From positions 1 to 64,000 of the forward strand of contig JABCTC010000003.1 of NCBI GenBank assembly GCA_018238545.1: a stretch of DNA of 64,000 bases, given 5' to 3'. The position numbers and the translations under genes were made by a program. Source of the stretch: Candidatus Heimdallarchaeota archaeon (GTDB taxonomy: Archaea > Asgardarchaeota > Heimdallarchaeia > Heimdallarchaeales > Heimdallarchaeaceae). The notes beneath the pieces are model-generated. The model made no database searches. It was not told the DNA's origin and saw nothing but the letters and a program-made list of their open reading frames with translations. Shown here piece after piece: positions 29,890 to 39,354 of this stretch (positions are counted from its first letter, which is position 1; each line of letters begins with the position of its first letter).

Positions 29890-31251
29890 TTAAACATCTC
29901 CTGCAACTGTGGTAAAGATTCTTCTCATATTGAGTACCCAGATAATTATAGCCATAGAACTTTTTAGCAATTTACCGGTTGAAATTGGCACAGTTCTCAT
30001 GTTAGAAATATAGTTTCTTAACTGGAACATAGTCACGTTTTCTTGTTTTGCATCTTCAGCGTAATTTAATTCAAATTCTACAACATTTGCAAATATATAA
30101 TTGTCTAATTCGATCAAAGCTTTCGTCTTAAATTTCACCATTTTAACTCTGAAGCTGTTTAGAGGAAGATAAACCATCAAAAACATAACAGCTGCAAGAA
30201 GAACTGATATGATAATAACCATAACTGTCCAAGGGCTATCTGCACCTATGAAATTTAAAATCGGGAAGCCTAAACTGGGCATTTCACTAGCAAAACCATA
30301 AATCAGCAAGTTAATTGTTCCCATAGCCATCGCTATGGTAGTTATAAGTGCGGAAAGTAAGCCTGCAACAGGAATGTTTTCTAATTGTCTTATAGATCTT
30401 CCAGGTGTATCTCCCAAAGCCCAAATTATATCATAATTTTCTCTGTTTAGAAGGGTTCCATATTCATCAAGGTAAGTTGTCAATCTTTCTTTTAGCGTTT
30501 TTAGGATTTTGGAGTAAATTTGTGTATTAAGTACAAGGTAATAGGTTGCTAGATAGAAAATATAGAACATCATTGGGCTTACAATGCATGAGATTATACC
30601 AAAAGCATTAGCAACAGAGAGATTTGCTCCCGTAGTTTTAGGGATTGTTACTAATAACATTGGCAGGTTTAAACCTATTCCTGATAGAAGAGATAAAATG
30701 ATTATAATGGGATTCTTAGGTAAGTACCTATCATAATATTTTGCATAATACTCTCGCACTGGTTTTTCTATCCATTCTACACGTTTTTCTAGTGTTAAAC
30801 CTAAATATCCATCGTGTGTGTACTTCAAATAGAATAAGGAAAATAGCACTCCTCCTAGTAAAGGTATGAGCACAGAAACAGATAAATCTACCATGATTCT
30901 GCTGAGATTAAGTGGGTTTGCAAGCTCCTGGAATGGAACAATAACCATTATAATTGTTGGTATAAATAGTAATACAACATAAAACCACAATTTAATGTAA
31001 TTCCACCACTTCAAAGCTAAAATGGAATTAAGCTTAACTTTGAAGAGCGCAATTGGAACTAAGTAAAAATAGCGAAAAGGATTCTCTAGAGCTTTCAAAT
31101 AGCGAGGATTCTCTACCATCGCAGCTGTTCTAGGATACTTCTTATAGTGCTTAATAATTAAATCTTCAAATTCGAAAGAAGGTACCTCAACATCGTTTGG
31201 TTTTATCACTTTTGCTTTTACTGAAATAGATTTAGAAGTACTAGTTTCCAT
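29890..31251 (-). CDS. Hypothetical polytopic membrane protein, tightly linked to the tubulin-like gene
   Basis: About 6-7 hydrophobic segments; 2-bp gap to the downstream gene. Confidence 0.7.
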   Translation of the reverse strand: METSTSKSISVKAKVIKPNDVEVPSFEFEDLIIKHYKKYPRTAAMVENPRYLKALENPFRYFYLVPIALFKVKLNSILALKWWNYIKLWFYVVLLFIPTIIMVIVPFQELANPLNLSRIMVDLSVSVLIPLLGGVLFSLFYLKYTHDGYLGLTLEKRVEWIEKPVREYYAKYYDRYLPKNPIIIILSLLSGIGLNLPMLLVTIPKTTGANLSVANAFGIISCIVSPMMFYIFYLATYYLVLNTQIYSKILKTLKERLTTYLDEYGTLLNRENYDIIWALGDTPGRSIRQLENIPVAGLLSALITTIAMAMGTINLLIYGFASEMPSLGFPILNFIGADSPWTVMVIIISVLLAAVMFLMVYLPLNSFRVKMVKFKTKALIELDNYIFANVVEFELNYAEDAKQENVTMFQLRNYISNMRTVPISTGKLLKSSMAIIIWVLNMRRIFTTVAGDV

Positions 31252-31367
31252 GACATTTCCTTATATCGTGAGCTTACTTTTAACAATTTCGCATGAGTAA
31301 ATTATTTCATCTCTCTCATTTATGTTAGCTTTTTATAGGAAATTCTAATACAAATACTGATTCCAAA

Positions 31368-32839
31368 ATGACGAGTGGGGTGAAAACGACTGTTAGAGTG
31401 AAAATTAAAGCAGAAGGACTCACAACACGGAAAAGAACACGACTAAAACAGATTACGGGAAGAGATACTAGAATAATTAAACAGTACCTCAAAGTAATCT
31501 ATCACAATGAAGAGAAACTAGTGAACAAGAAAAGAGAAAAGAAGATAAATAAATTAAAACTCAACCACCTCACTCTTACAACAAGTAAGAAGAATAAACA
31601 ATTTAACCGGCTGAGTGTTAGACACGATTTAAAAAAGAACTTTCTTCGTTGCTCCCAGAATGAACTACAAGAATGTAGAGAAAATGCCGTAGCAATATAC
31701 CACAGCCAGCGAGTGAAAAATACCTTACCTGCTAAAGAAACACATGCTAAAAGATTCCTCGCACGCAACTAGCACATAATAAAAGGTTTGTAATTGCTTT
31801 TTCCCCTTCAAACACTATTGCTCGATGGTGGGTAGGGATTAGAGACTCTTTAGATACAAAGAAGAATAACACTCGCAATCACGAGAAATTATGGTTACCT
31901 CTTGCTTGTTCACCCTATCACGAGTATAAACTCCACCGGGGGAAAATACAGGCTCTCGAAGTGCTTTACTCTCCCAAGAAAAAGGAATGGTGGGTACATT
32001 TCAATCTGCTTCATGTTCCAGATAAGTACTCTTCTTCTCGTCCTCCAGCTGTGCTGGGGATAGATTTAGGAATCAATAAACGTGCGGTAAGTGCACTCCT
32101 TACACCAAAAGAAACAATCAACCGACATGAGATCAGTTTTTGGTCTGATAAGACACGAAAAAAACTACTAAAGGAAAAAGAAAGAAAAATAGCAGAACTA
32201 CAGAAACTTCTAGCTAAATCTAGTTTGACTTTTGGAAAAAGAAAAGAATTTCTTTACCAACTTAAGTCACTTAGAAAAAGATAAAGAACGGAACATAAGC
32301 TAACCGACCACACATATGTCAATAAAATCGTCAAGTACATTCTCTCATTAGGAAAGAGGTACGACCTCTTTGTGGTAGTAGGTTTTCCAATTCATATCCG
32401 CAAAAGTCATTATCGCGGTAATCTCCGCCCCTATTCTCGTAAAAGTGTCCACAAATGGAATTACAGGAGAATGACAGAATTGCTCAAATTCAAGCTTTTT
32501 CTGCATGGCTGGGAAGAGTACAGAATCCTAGCTATTGGTGAATCGTGGACCTCTTCTACCTGTTCTCGTTGTGGCTCCTATCACACTATCCGTCCTAACC
32601 AACCTACATTCATCTGCAATATTTGTGGGTATCAACTTAATGCTGACTTGAATGGAGCGAAGAATATAGCTAAAAGACTGATCAAGTATGTTCTACAACC
32701 AAAATATAACTCTATTAAAGATCAAGTTAGTGGAAAGTTTTTTCCTCTCAGTTCTTTTCGTGTCTTCCCTGTCCTAAGCCAATGGCTACAGACAAAGCAG
32801 AGTCATCTGCTTACTCCTGGAGCTGGAGTGAGTACCTAA
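31368..32839 (+). pseudogene. tnpB: Disrupted tnpB (frameshift near 31740-31780; in-frame TAA at 32282)
   Basis: Three ORF fragments colinear with the intact 492-aa paralog; CAA in the paralog corresponds to TAA at 32282. Confidence 0.92.
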
Positions 32840-33056
32840 GGTACTCAATAACATTGTCTCCAGTAATGAGTCCCGGGGAGGAGATGAACCCGCTCACCTT
32901 CACTAACCCCGTGTGTTGAAGGTGTAATCCTAGATCTTGAAGCTACCTTACGCTACTGCTTACTGCTATGCTACCTTAATACGTTCTTGGTTGGGAAGAG
33001 TCCTCAAAATTATTTTCCGCTACCCTTAATTGTGGAAAGTAGGAAAAATAACTCAT
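32775..33056 (+). ncRNA. Putative omegaRNA scaffold (copy A)
   Basis: Conserved non-coding tail with hairpins agcaga/tctgct, tgagtacc/ggtactca and caccttca/tgaaggtg, and a compensatory change relative to copy B; 5' limit approximate. Confidence 0.72.
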
Positions 33057-33075
33057 AGTTACAAAACAAATTTAT

Positions 33076-34515
33076 GTGAATACATGCTTACTAAACTTGA
33101 TTCAGTTGAAATATTCGAAAATAGTTTGTACGATTGGACCTTCTTCTAGTGATGAATCAACTCTCAAAAAGATGATTAACGCAGGCATGGATGTAGCTCG
33201 GTTGAACTTCTCTCATGGGACTCACCAATCACATGAAGAAGTGTTCAAAAGAATAAGAAATATCGATTCTCGCATTGCTATAGCGATTGATATTAGCGGG
33301 CCAAAGATAAGACTTGGTAAACTAGAACAAAGTTATGTTTTAGAAAGGGATCAACAGGTTATACTTACTACTGACGATGTAGTGGGAACTAAAGATTTAC
33401 TCCCTGTTAATTATCCTTCTTTGATAAAGGAAGTCCAACAAGATTCTTTTGTTTATATTAATGATGGATTTGTAAAACTCAAGGTTATTCAGAAAGAGAA
33501 CAATAATCTAATTTGTAAGATTATTTATGGCGGTTACGTCTCATCTAGAAAGGGTGTTAACGTTCCAGAATCTAATCTTTCGATGAGAGTTCCTACAGAG
33601 AAAGATATAACTGATATCAAAAAAGCATGCGAACTGGGTGCAGATTATCTGTTTATATCCTTTGTTAGAAGTTCTACTGATCTTGTTAAAGTAAGAGAAA
33701 TTATCAATAATTGCTCCGATAGAACTATTGGATTAGTTTCAAAGATTGAGCACAAAGACGCAGTAGATAACATTAAGGAAATTGTAACTGCAAGTGATGG
33801 TATAATGGTTGCTAGGGGCGACTTAGGCGTTGAAGTAGGTGCAGCTAAAGTTCCTGTCCTTCAGAAGGAAATAATTAGGCTTTCTGTGAATATGGCCAAA
33901 CCTGTAATTGTTGCAACACAGATGCTTGAATCTATGACTAAAGAGTCTTTACCTACACGAGCTGAGGCAAGTGATGTAGCTCATGCCGTATTTGATGGAG
34001 CTGATGCACTGATGTTATCTGGAGAAACAGCTAAAGGGCATCATCCTGTTACGGTTGTTAAAACTATGTCAGAGATTATTCATGAGGCAGAAAACAATCT
34101 TTCCTTCAACACTTCCTTTATTTCTGAATCAAATCTTCCTAAAGGAGGCGAAATAGGTCAAGCAGCAGTTAAACTTGGTCAAAAATTAGCTGTGGAAGCT
34201 TTAGTTGCTATTACTCAAACAGGATACTCGGCAAGAATGATATCAAGAAACAGAGTCCCCCTACCTATTTATGCTGTTACTCCAGACGAATCAACAATGA
34301 GAAGGACCAATTTATTATGGGCAGTAAAATCTCTCTATCATCCTTATGATGGTGACTTTAATCAGATGATATCGAGTACAATAAAAAAACTCCACACTGA
34401 AAAATTCATTCATCTTAACAATGATGTAATAGTTGTTGCTGGTTCAGTAGTTGGACTTCCTGGAAGGATTAATACCATACAAGTTCTCAATGTTAAAGAA
34501 ACTATTGAGAGTTAA
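33076..34515 (+). CDS. pyk: Pyruvate kinase
   Basis: KIVCTIGP, RLNFSHG, GPKIR, MVARGDLG, ATQMLESM, LMLSGETA. True start may be a few codons downstream. Confidence 0.97.
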   Translation: MNTCLLNLIQLKYSKIVCTIGPSSSDESTLKKMINAGMDVARLNFSHGTHQSHEEVFKRIRNIDSRIAIAIDISGPKIRLGKLEQSYVLERDQQVILTTDDVVGTKDLLPVNYPSLIKEVQQDSFVYINDGFVKLKVIQKENNNLICKIIYGGYVSSRKGVNVPESNLSMRVPTEKDITDIKKACELGADYLFISFVRSSTDLVKVREIINNCSDRTIGLVSKIEHKDAVDNIKEIVTASDGIMVARGDLGVEVGAAKVPVLQKEIIRLSVNMAKPVIVATQMLESMTKESLPTRAEASDVAHAVFDGADALMLSGETAKGHHPVTVVKTMSEIIHEAENNLSFNTSFISESNLPKGGEIGQAAVKLGQKLAVEALVAITQTGYSARMISRNRVPLPIYAVTPDESTMRRTNLLWAVKSLYHPYDGDFNQMISSTIKKLHTEKFIHLNNDVIVVAGSVVGLPGRINTIQVLNVKETIES

Positions 34516-34597
34516 ACTAACTCTCACCTATTTTTCTTTTTACAATAAATTAGAAAACTCTTAAAAGGAAGAATGAATCTCAGTAATTGAAGTAGAG

Positions 34598-35872
34598 ATG
34601 ACAAAGATAAGCTCAATATTTGGAAAGAAAAAACGAAAAGAAAAGGAAGAACAGCCAAGTTTTTTCAATGGACTATACAAATTTAATCATCAAAATATAG
34701 TTAAGAACAGTCAAACCTCTGAAGAGATCTTGCTTGGCAGTGAAAAATCCGATACTTTGTTTTTAGAAACTACTACAAAATTTTCTTCGTTCGGATATGT
34801 TTTTGCTGGAAAAACAGGGATCAATATACTTTCTCAAATGAAGACACGCATAAGAGAAAACTTCCCCCCAGCACTAATTGTATCTACTTTAAATGAATTC
34901 GATAGAATTGGTGAAAAATTTCCATTTATTGAAGTTCCAAATATATCCTTAGAGGATCAAACATTCTTTCAGGGTAATCAGTGGTATCTTACAAACAAGG
35001 ACAGAGTTGAGGATAGATTAGCTCGTTTACACAAAGAAGTTTCAATTGTATTTATCTTTGTAGAAAATAATGCTTTCTTATTAGGCTTGCTTACACCCAT
35101 ACTCAAATTCTTAGAAACTACTGATGTTCAACCCGTTGTGGTTCTAAACTTACCCAATGATGAAAGTGCACTAAATGAAACTGTCAGTGCTCTTACCTTC
35201 ATTTATAATCTCATGAATAAGGAAGAATCAACAAACATTCCTTTCATCCTCTTCGATGAAAATATACTTGTGAAAGCCAATCCAACAATGAATTTGGGTG
35301 AGTTATTAACAAGATTTACTGATCGAGTAGCTAATATATTCTGTGATATAATGCTTGGTTCGTTAACTACATCAACTTTCTATCAAACAGATTTAAGCAA
35401 TTTTATTAGAATATTTGAAAATGTGAGAGGACCTTGTAAACTGGTTTCCGTTGATATTTATGATAATAAACCAAATATATCAAGTCTTCTTGAACAGAAA
35501 CAGCTCTATGGGTCAAGTTTTTCAGTGAAAAAAGATGCAACTAGAGGATTTATGATAATTCAACCAAGTAACAAAGGCCTTAGTACTAAGGAGTACAGAA
35601 ATTTTAGAGATATTTACTCCAATTTTGATGTAAACATCTCAATTCTTGAAAAGCGAAATAATGGTTCAATAATTAGAGGTATTTTTACTTATAATGAGTT
35701 ACCAAAATCATTATTAGAGCTGTATGAAAACCTCTCTGAAATCTATATTGAAATTCTAGATGATCAAAATAACGTTAGTGAATATTTTGATTTAATAAAT
35801 CTTGAAGATTTAATGAATATACAACGATACAGAATCAATGTTAGAGTTAAAGAAGAAAAAGTAAAAGAATAG
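34598..35872 (+). CDS. Degenerate tubulin/FtsZ-like paralog lacking the GGGTG loop
   Basis: Colinear matches to 28745-29887: ILFDENIL/LLFDNEKL, DLSNFIRIF/GLNDFFLAF, ATRGFMII/AKKGYLTI, IIRGIFT/TIRGVLT. Confidence 0.65.
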   Translation: MTKISSIFGKKKRKEKEEQPSFFNGLYKFNHQNIVKNSQTSEEILLGSEKSDTLFLETTTKFSSFGYVFAGKTGINILSQMKTRIRENFPPALIVSTLNEFDRIGEKFPFIEVPNISLEDQTFFQGNQWYLTNKDRVEDRLARLHKEVSIVFIFVENNAFLLGLLTPILKFLETTDVQPVVVLNLPNDESALNETVSALTFIYNLMNKEESTNIPFILFDENILVKANPTMNLGELLTRFTDRVANIFCDIMLGSLTTSTFYQTDLSNFIRIFENVRGPCKLVSVDIYDNKPNISSLLEQKQLYGSSFSVKKDATRGFMIIQPSNKGLSTKEYRNFRDIYSNFDVNISILEKRNNGSIIRGIFTYNELPKSLLELYENLSEIYIEILDDQNNVSEYFDLINLEDLMNIQRYRINVRVKEEKVKE

Positions 35873-36103
35873 GAGTAAACTTTTTCTTATTTCTATTCAT
35901 TATTTCATGCTATTTAAAATATCTAAATTAACGTCTTATCCTTTCTTTTTACCAAATTCTTGGTATATGTAGAGCGAAAGGTATATAATAGTTCAAAATT
36001 GTTTTTTACAAAATTAAATCTCGCTGATGAATGTTTCAGTCATTACCTTTAAATATATATTAGCGAGACGAAACGATAAATAATCATTAATGAGGATACT
36101 AGA

Positions 36104-39100
36104 ATGCAAGGTAAACTCCGTACAATTATAGGTATTTTAATTTTAACAATTACAGTAAGTTCATCAGTCGCAATGGGTGTATTGCTTCCTCTTCACTCTT
36201 CGAATTTAATTACCCAAATATATACAGATATGGATAATAATGCTCGGTTGACAGAGAGTGATTTCTTTCCAAATGACGGAAGCGGTAATTACTCTGAATG
36301 GATGTATACAGGTGTAGGAACAAACACTTCAAAATTTGTTGATCAAGCAGTTTTTGAATTCTTCAATATTACAGATAGAGAGGCTTACCTCGACTACAAT
36401 ACGAAAATAGCGTACTTCTTTGTGCAAGGTGAACTAGTTTTTGACATTATTATTAATAAAACAGTTTTAGAATACGACGTAGAATCTGACTATGTAGTTT
36501 ATGCTTATAGAAAACAATTTCTCTTCAATGCAGAAGACTCATCCCTAACTGGTGATGAAACTGTTTTGAATTTCAACTATCTTTGGCCATATTATATTGA
36601 ACATTTTGGAAATGGATCAGAATATGGTTTTCAGAGTTTTATAGCATCAAAACTAATTCAAGAAGAATTAATCGGTTTTAATACATCACTAGGTTATACC
36701 TTTGATGAATTAGCTTATGCAGTTATGAATAGAACATATGCTGAAGAAGAAGGTATAGTGGATTTAGGCATCTATTTGCCCCACAATTGGTTAAGTGTAA
36801 GACCTGCTTTTCCAGATCTTAACTTTGATATTGCAACAAGTTATCAGATATTGTATGATGCTATATATAATGGTCATGATTACTCATTACTAACAGGCGA
36901 AGCTGGTTCAACTAAATACTTCCTTGATTTAGTAAGAGGTCTTGATTTTGAAGGACAATATGATTTGATTGTTGATGTTGAACAACTTTTAACAGATATT
37001 TATGGAATTGATACTCCACAAGAACAAGAATACGCAAAATCCCTTGCAGCCTATATGAATTATTTACTAGGAAAGCCTTCATTGGATTGGCTTTATGAAA
37101 ATCAAATATCATATGTTTGTGAAAGAACTGCTATGGATTGGGTATTAGGTATTGAAGATCCTCTTATGGATGGAAAAAGATTCCCCTTAGTTAACAATCA
37201 ATCATTATCAAGTTCAAGTATTGATTGGGATTTAGATTTGTATTATGCAGAAAAACTTGGATCATATGATGTAAATGATGTTGGTAAAATCATAGCAATA
37301 GCTAATATTCCAGGGTATTATTATTCTCAATCTATGGAACTATTCGTGGAAGATAACCTAGCTTACGTGATAGAAGGTGGAACTGATATTAAAATAGTTA
37401 ATATGACAGATCCCTTATTCAAAGCAATCGGTCAATTCGGAGACTTCATTCTTGACACTGCTCTTCCCAATCCTTCATACGATCCTATAGGCGTTGATGG
37501 TTATATTTCAAACCTTGTTGTAGTTGATTCATATATTTATGCAGTAGAAGGTGACACTGGATTAGAAATACTCAATGCAACCGACCCAAGTGCTATTTAC
37601 GAACTTGACCAGTGGGATAATTTTGGGAATGCTGATATGCGAGATGTTGATAACGCCGTTTTTGGAACATCAACTCCTTATGATGCTCTTATAATAGCAA
37701 ATGGACAACATGGTCTAACTTATGCCAGATTGCAAACTGAAGATAGAACAGTAAGTACAGTTGTTAATTTTGCAGGGTTATCTGGAGAGGCTTATTCCGT
37801 AGATGAATACAATGATTACGCTTTCGTAGGTTTAGGAATTGATGGAATTGATGTAGTTAGTATAGATGGTCTCGACGGTACAATGGCGCTTGAATATCAT
37901 TATGATTCAATCAATTTTGCAACATTCAATAACATTCTAGATGTTAAAGCAGAAAATGGATTCCTATACGTTCTTGATGCAGTTGAGGGATTGTTAATAT
38001 TCGATATATTGTTTAATGGTACTCTTATTGAACAAGGTCAATTTGCATATGGACCTACGGAAACACCTTACATTGATGTTTATGTTGAAGGAACTAATGC
38101 CTATTTAGCACAAGGAGATTATGGTCTTGTTGTAGTAGATATCTCTAACAAACTCAGTCCTTCTGAAAATGCCAGATTTGACGGTGCTGAACACAAAGGT
38201 TTAGCATACAGCGTATATGTTGATGGAAGTGATGTTTATCTTTCAGATTATTCTCAAGGACTGGTTCATCTCAATTATGTCTCTAACACCTTTTCAATTG
38301 CTAATAAAGATCAGTTACACACTTTCGTTGAAGCTTGGCAAAGCGAGAACAATATTCAATTCAATAATTGGCTTCTAAGTGATCCTGAATTCGAAGCAAA
38401 TGAAACATATGATTCATTCGGATTATACACATTTGTTGAAAGAGGTTTCAGACAACAATGGACAGAGTATTTCCTTAGACCTTACATCTTCTCCTCATTA
38501 ACAGATACAGCTCTGTTTGTTGATAAAACAGTATTAGTTTATACCGCACAAGCTCAGATACCATATCTACAAAATGAGGAAAACAGCCTGTATTGGATGC
38601 AAGACGCTAACTTCCTCAATGAAAGTTTCCAACATGCAGGAAGATGGAGCATCCTTCATGGGGTAGAATATCAAGCAACAGATTTTGATATTACTCATTC
38701 CTTCCCTGGTACATTACGAGATGAATTCCACATGCAATTCATGTTAGTAGAACCTAAAACAGGGTCTATAATTGAACGCAAAGATAGAGTACAATATAAT
38801 ACACGAGCTATAGACTATAAAGAGGCTTATTCACTTCTCAATAAGACTACATTCGGATACGAGTGGGAAGTCCCTGGGGCTAATTACGTCAATTTACCTG
38901 TTGATCACATCTACAAGACATGGCATGTTACATATCCAGCTTTACCTGGAGATATGGCAACACTCTTCTGGCAAGAAGATGTCTACAAAGCTACAAATAA
39001 TTTCTATGAAGTGTTAAGAGAAGACTTCTTAGATAAAATCGACAATGCTGATGCTCTGAGAACATTAGGTGCTTTTGGTTCAATGTTCAGTGTTGCCGCT

Positions 39101-39163
39101 GGTTTTATTGTAGCTTCTGTTGTGCTCAATTTCATGAAGAAGAGAGCAGAAATTCCAAAATAA
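36104..39163 (+). CDS. CD36/SR-B-like two-TM protein with an inserted LVIVD-repeat beta-propeller
   Basis: N- and C-terminal TM; FEFFNITD..QG, RTAMDWVLGIEDPL, HMQFMLVEPKTG..DRVQYN and LFWQE match CD36 motifs; central GLVVVDISN-type repeats. Confidence 0.72.
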   Translation: MQGKLRTIIGILILTITVSSSVAMGVLLPLHSSNLITQIYTDMDNNARLTESDFFPNDGSGNYSEWMYTGVGTNTSKFVDQAVFEFFNITDREAYLDYNTKIAYFFVQGELVFDIIINKTVLEYDVESDYVVYAYRKQFLFNAEDSSLTGDETVLNFNYLWPYYIEHFGNGSEYGFQSFIASKLIQEELIGFNTSLGYTFDELAYAVMNRTYAEEEGIVDLGIYLPHNWLSVRPAFPDLNFDIATSYQILYDAIYNGHDYSLLTGEAGSTKYFLDLVRGLDFEGQYDLIVDVEQLLTDIYGIDTPQEQEYAKSLAAYMNYLLGKPSLDWLYENQISYVCERTAMDWVLGIEDPLMDGKRFPLVNNQSLSSSSIDWDLDLYYAEKLGSYDVNDVGKIIAIANIPGYYYSQSMELFVEDNLAYVIEGGTDIKIVNMTDPLFKAIGQFGDFILDTALPNPSYDPIGVDGYISNLVVVDSYIYAVEGDTGLEILNATDPSAIYELDQWDNFGNADMRDVDNAVFGTSTPYDALIIANGQHGLTYARLQTEDRTVSTVVNFAGLSGEAYSVDEYNDYAFVGLGIDGIDVVSIDGLDGTMALEYHYDSINFATFNNILDVKAENGFLYVLDAVEGLLIFDILFNGTLIEQGQFAYGPTETPYIDVYVEGTNAYLAQGDYGLVVVDISNKLSPSENARFDGAEHKGLAYSVYVDGSDVYLSDYSQGLVHLNYVSNTFSIANKDQLHTFVEAWQSENNIQFNNWLLSDPEFEANETYDSFGLYTFVERGFRQQWTEYFLRPYIFSSLTDTALFVDKTVLVYTAQAQIPYLQNEENSLYWMQDANFLNESFQHAGRWSILHGVEYQATDFDITHSFPGTLRDEFHMQFMLVEPKTGSIIERKDRVQYNTRAIDYKEAYSLLNKTTFGYEWEVPGANYVNLPVDHIYKTWHVTYPALPGDMATLFWQEDVYKATNNFYEVLREDFLDKIDNADALRTLGAFGSMFSVAAGFIVASVVLNFMKKRAEIPK

Positions 39164-39354
39164 AAGAATAAACTGCGCATTCTTTTCACTCTTTTTTTCT
39201 ATCTAAGTTTTTCAAAATGCCTGTCTAATCATTTTTGCCGGTAAAATTTAACTTTAAATAGGTATAACAACAATATGATTTATATTGACAAGAACAGTCT
39301 CAATATTATTATATGTTAAGGGGACATATGACAAGAGGATAAGAGGTAAACACA

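Larger units (their letters stand above)
31292..33056 (+). mobile_element. Non-autonomous tnpB element, copy A (CAT-bounded)
   Basis: Shares the upstream motif atgttagctttttataggaaa, the CDS and the 217-nt tail ending aaaaataactCAT with the copy at 60084-61856. Confidence 0.75.

Noticed and set aside
31319-31324. Alternative left boundary TTTAT|GTTAGC (TTAAT|GTTAGC in copy B) as an ISDra2-like TAM
   Set aside because: Possible but less favoured: it does not explain CAT at matching distance in both copies, the mirrored ends, or the restored TATA-ATG spacing
36019-36073. CTGATGA...GAAA resembling a hammerhead core or C-box, inside the inverted repeat tctcgct/agcgaga
   Set aside because: No stem II closes between CTGATGA and GAAA, and no matching D box was found; at most an operator or leader hairpin around an AT-rich promoter
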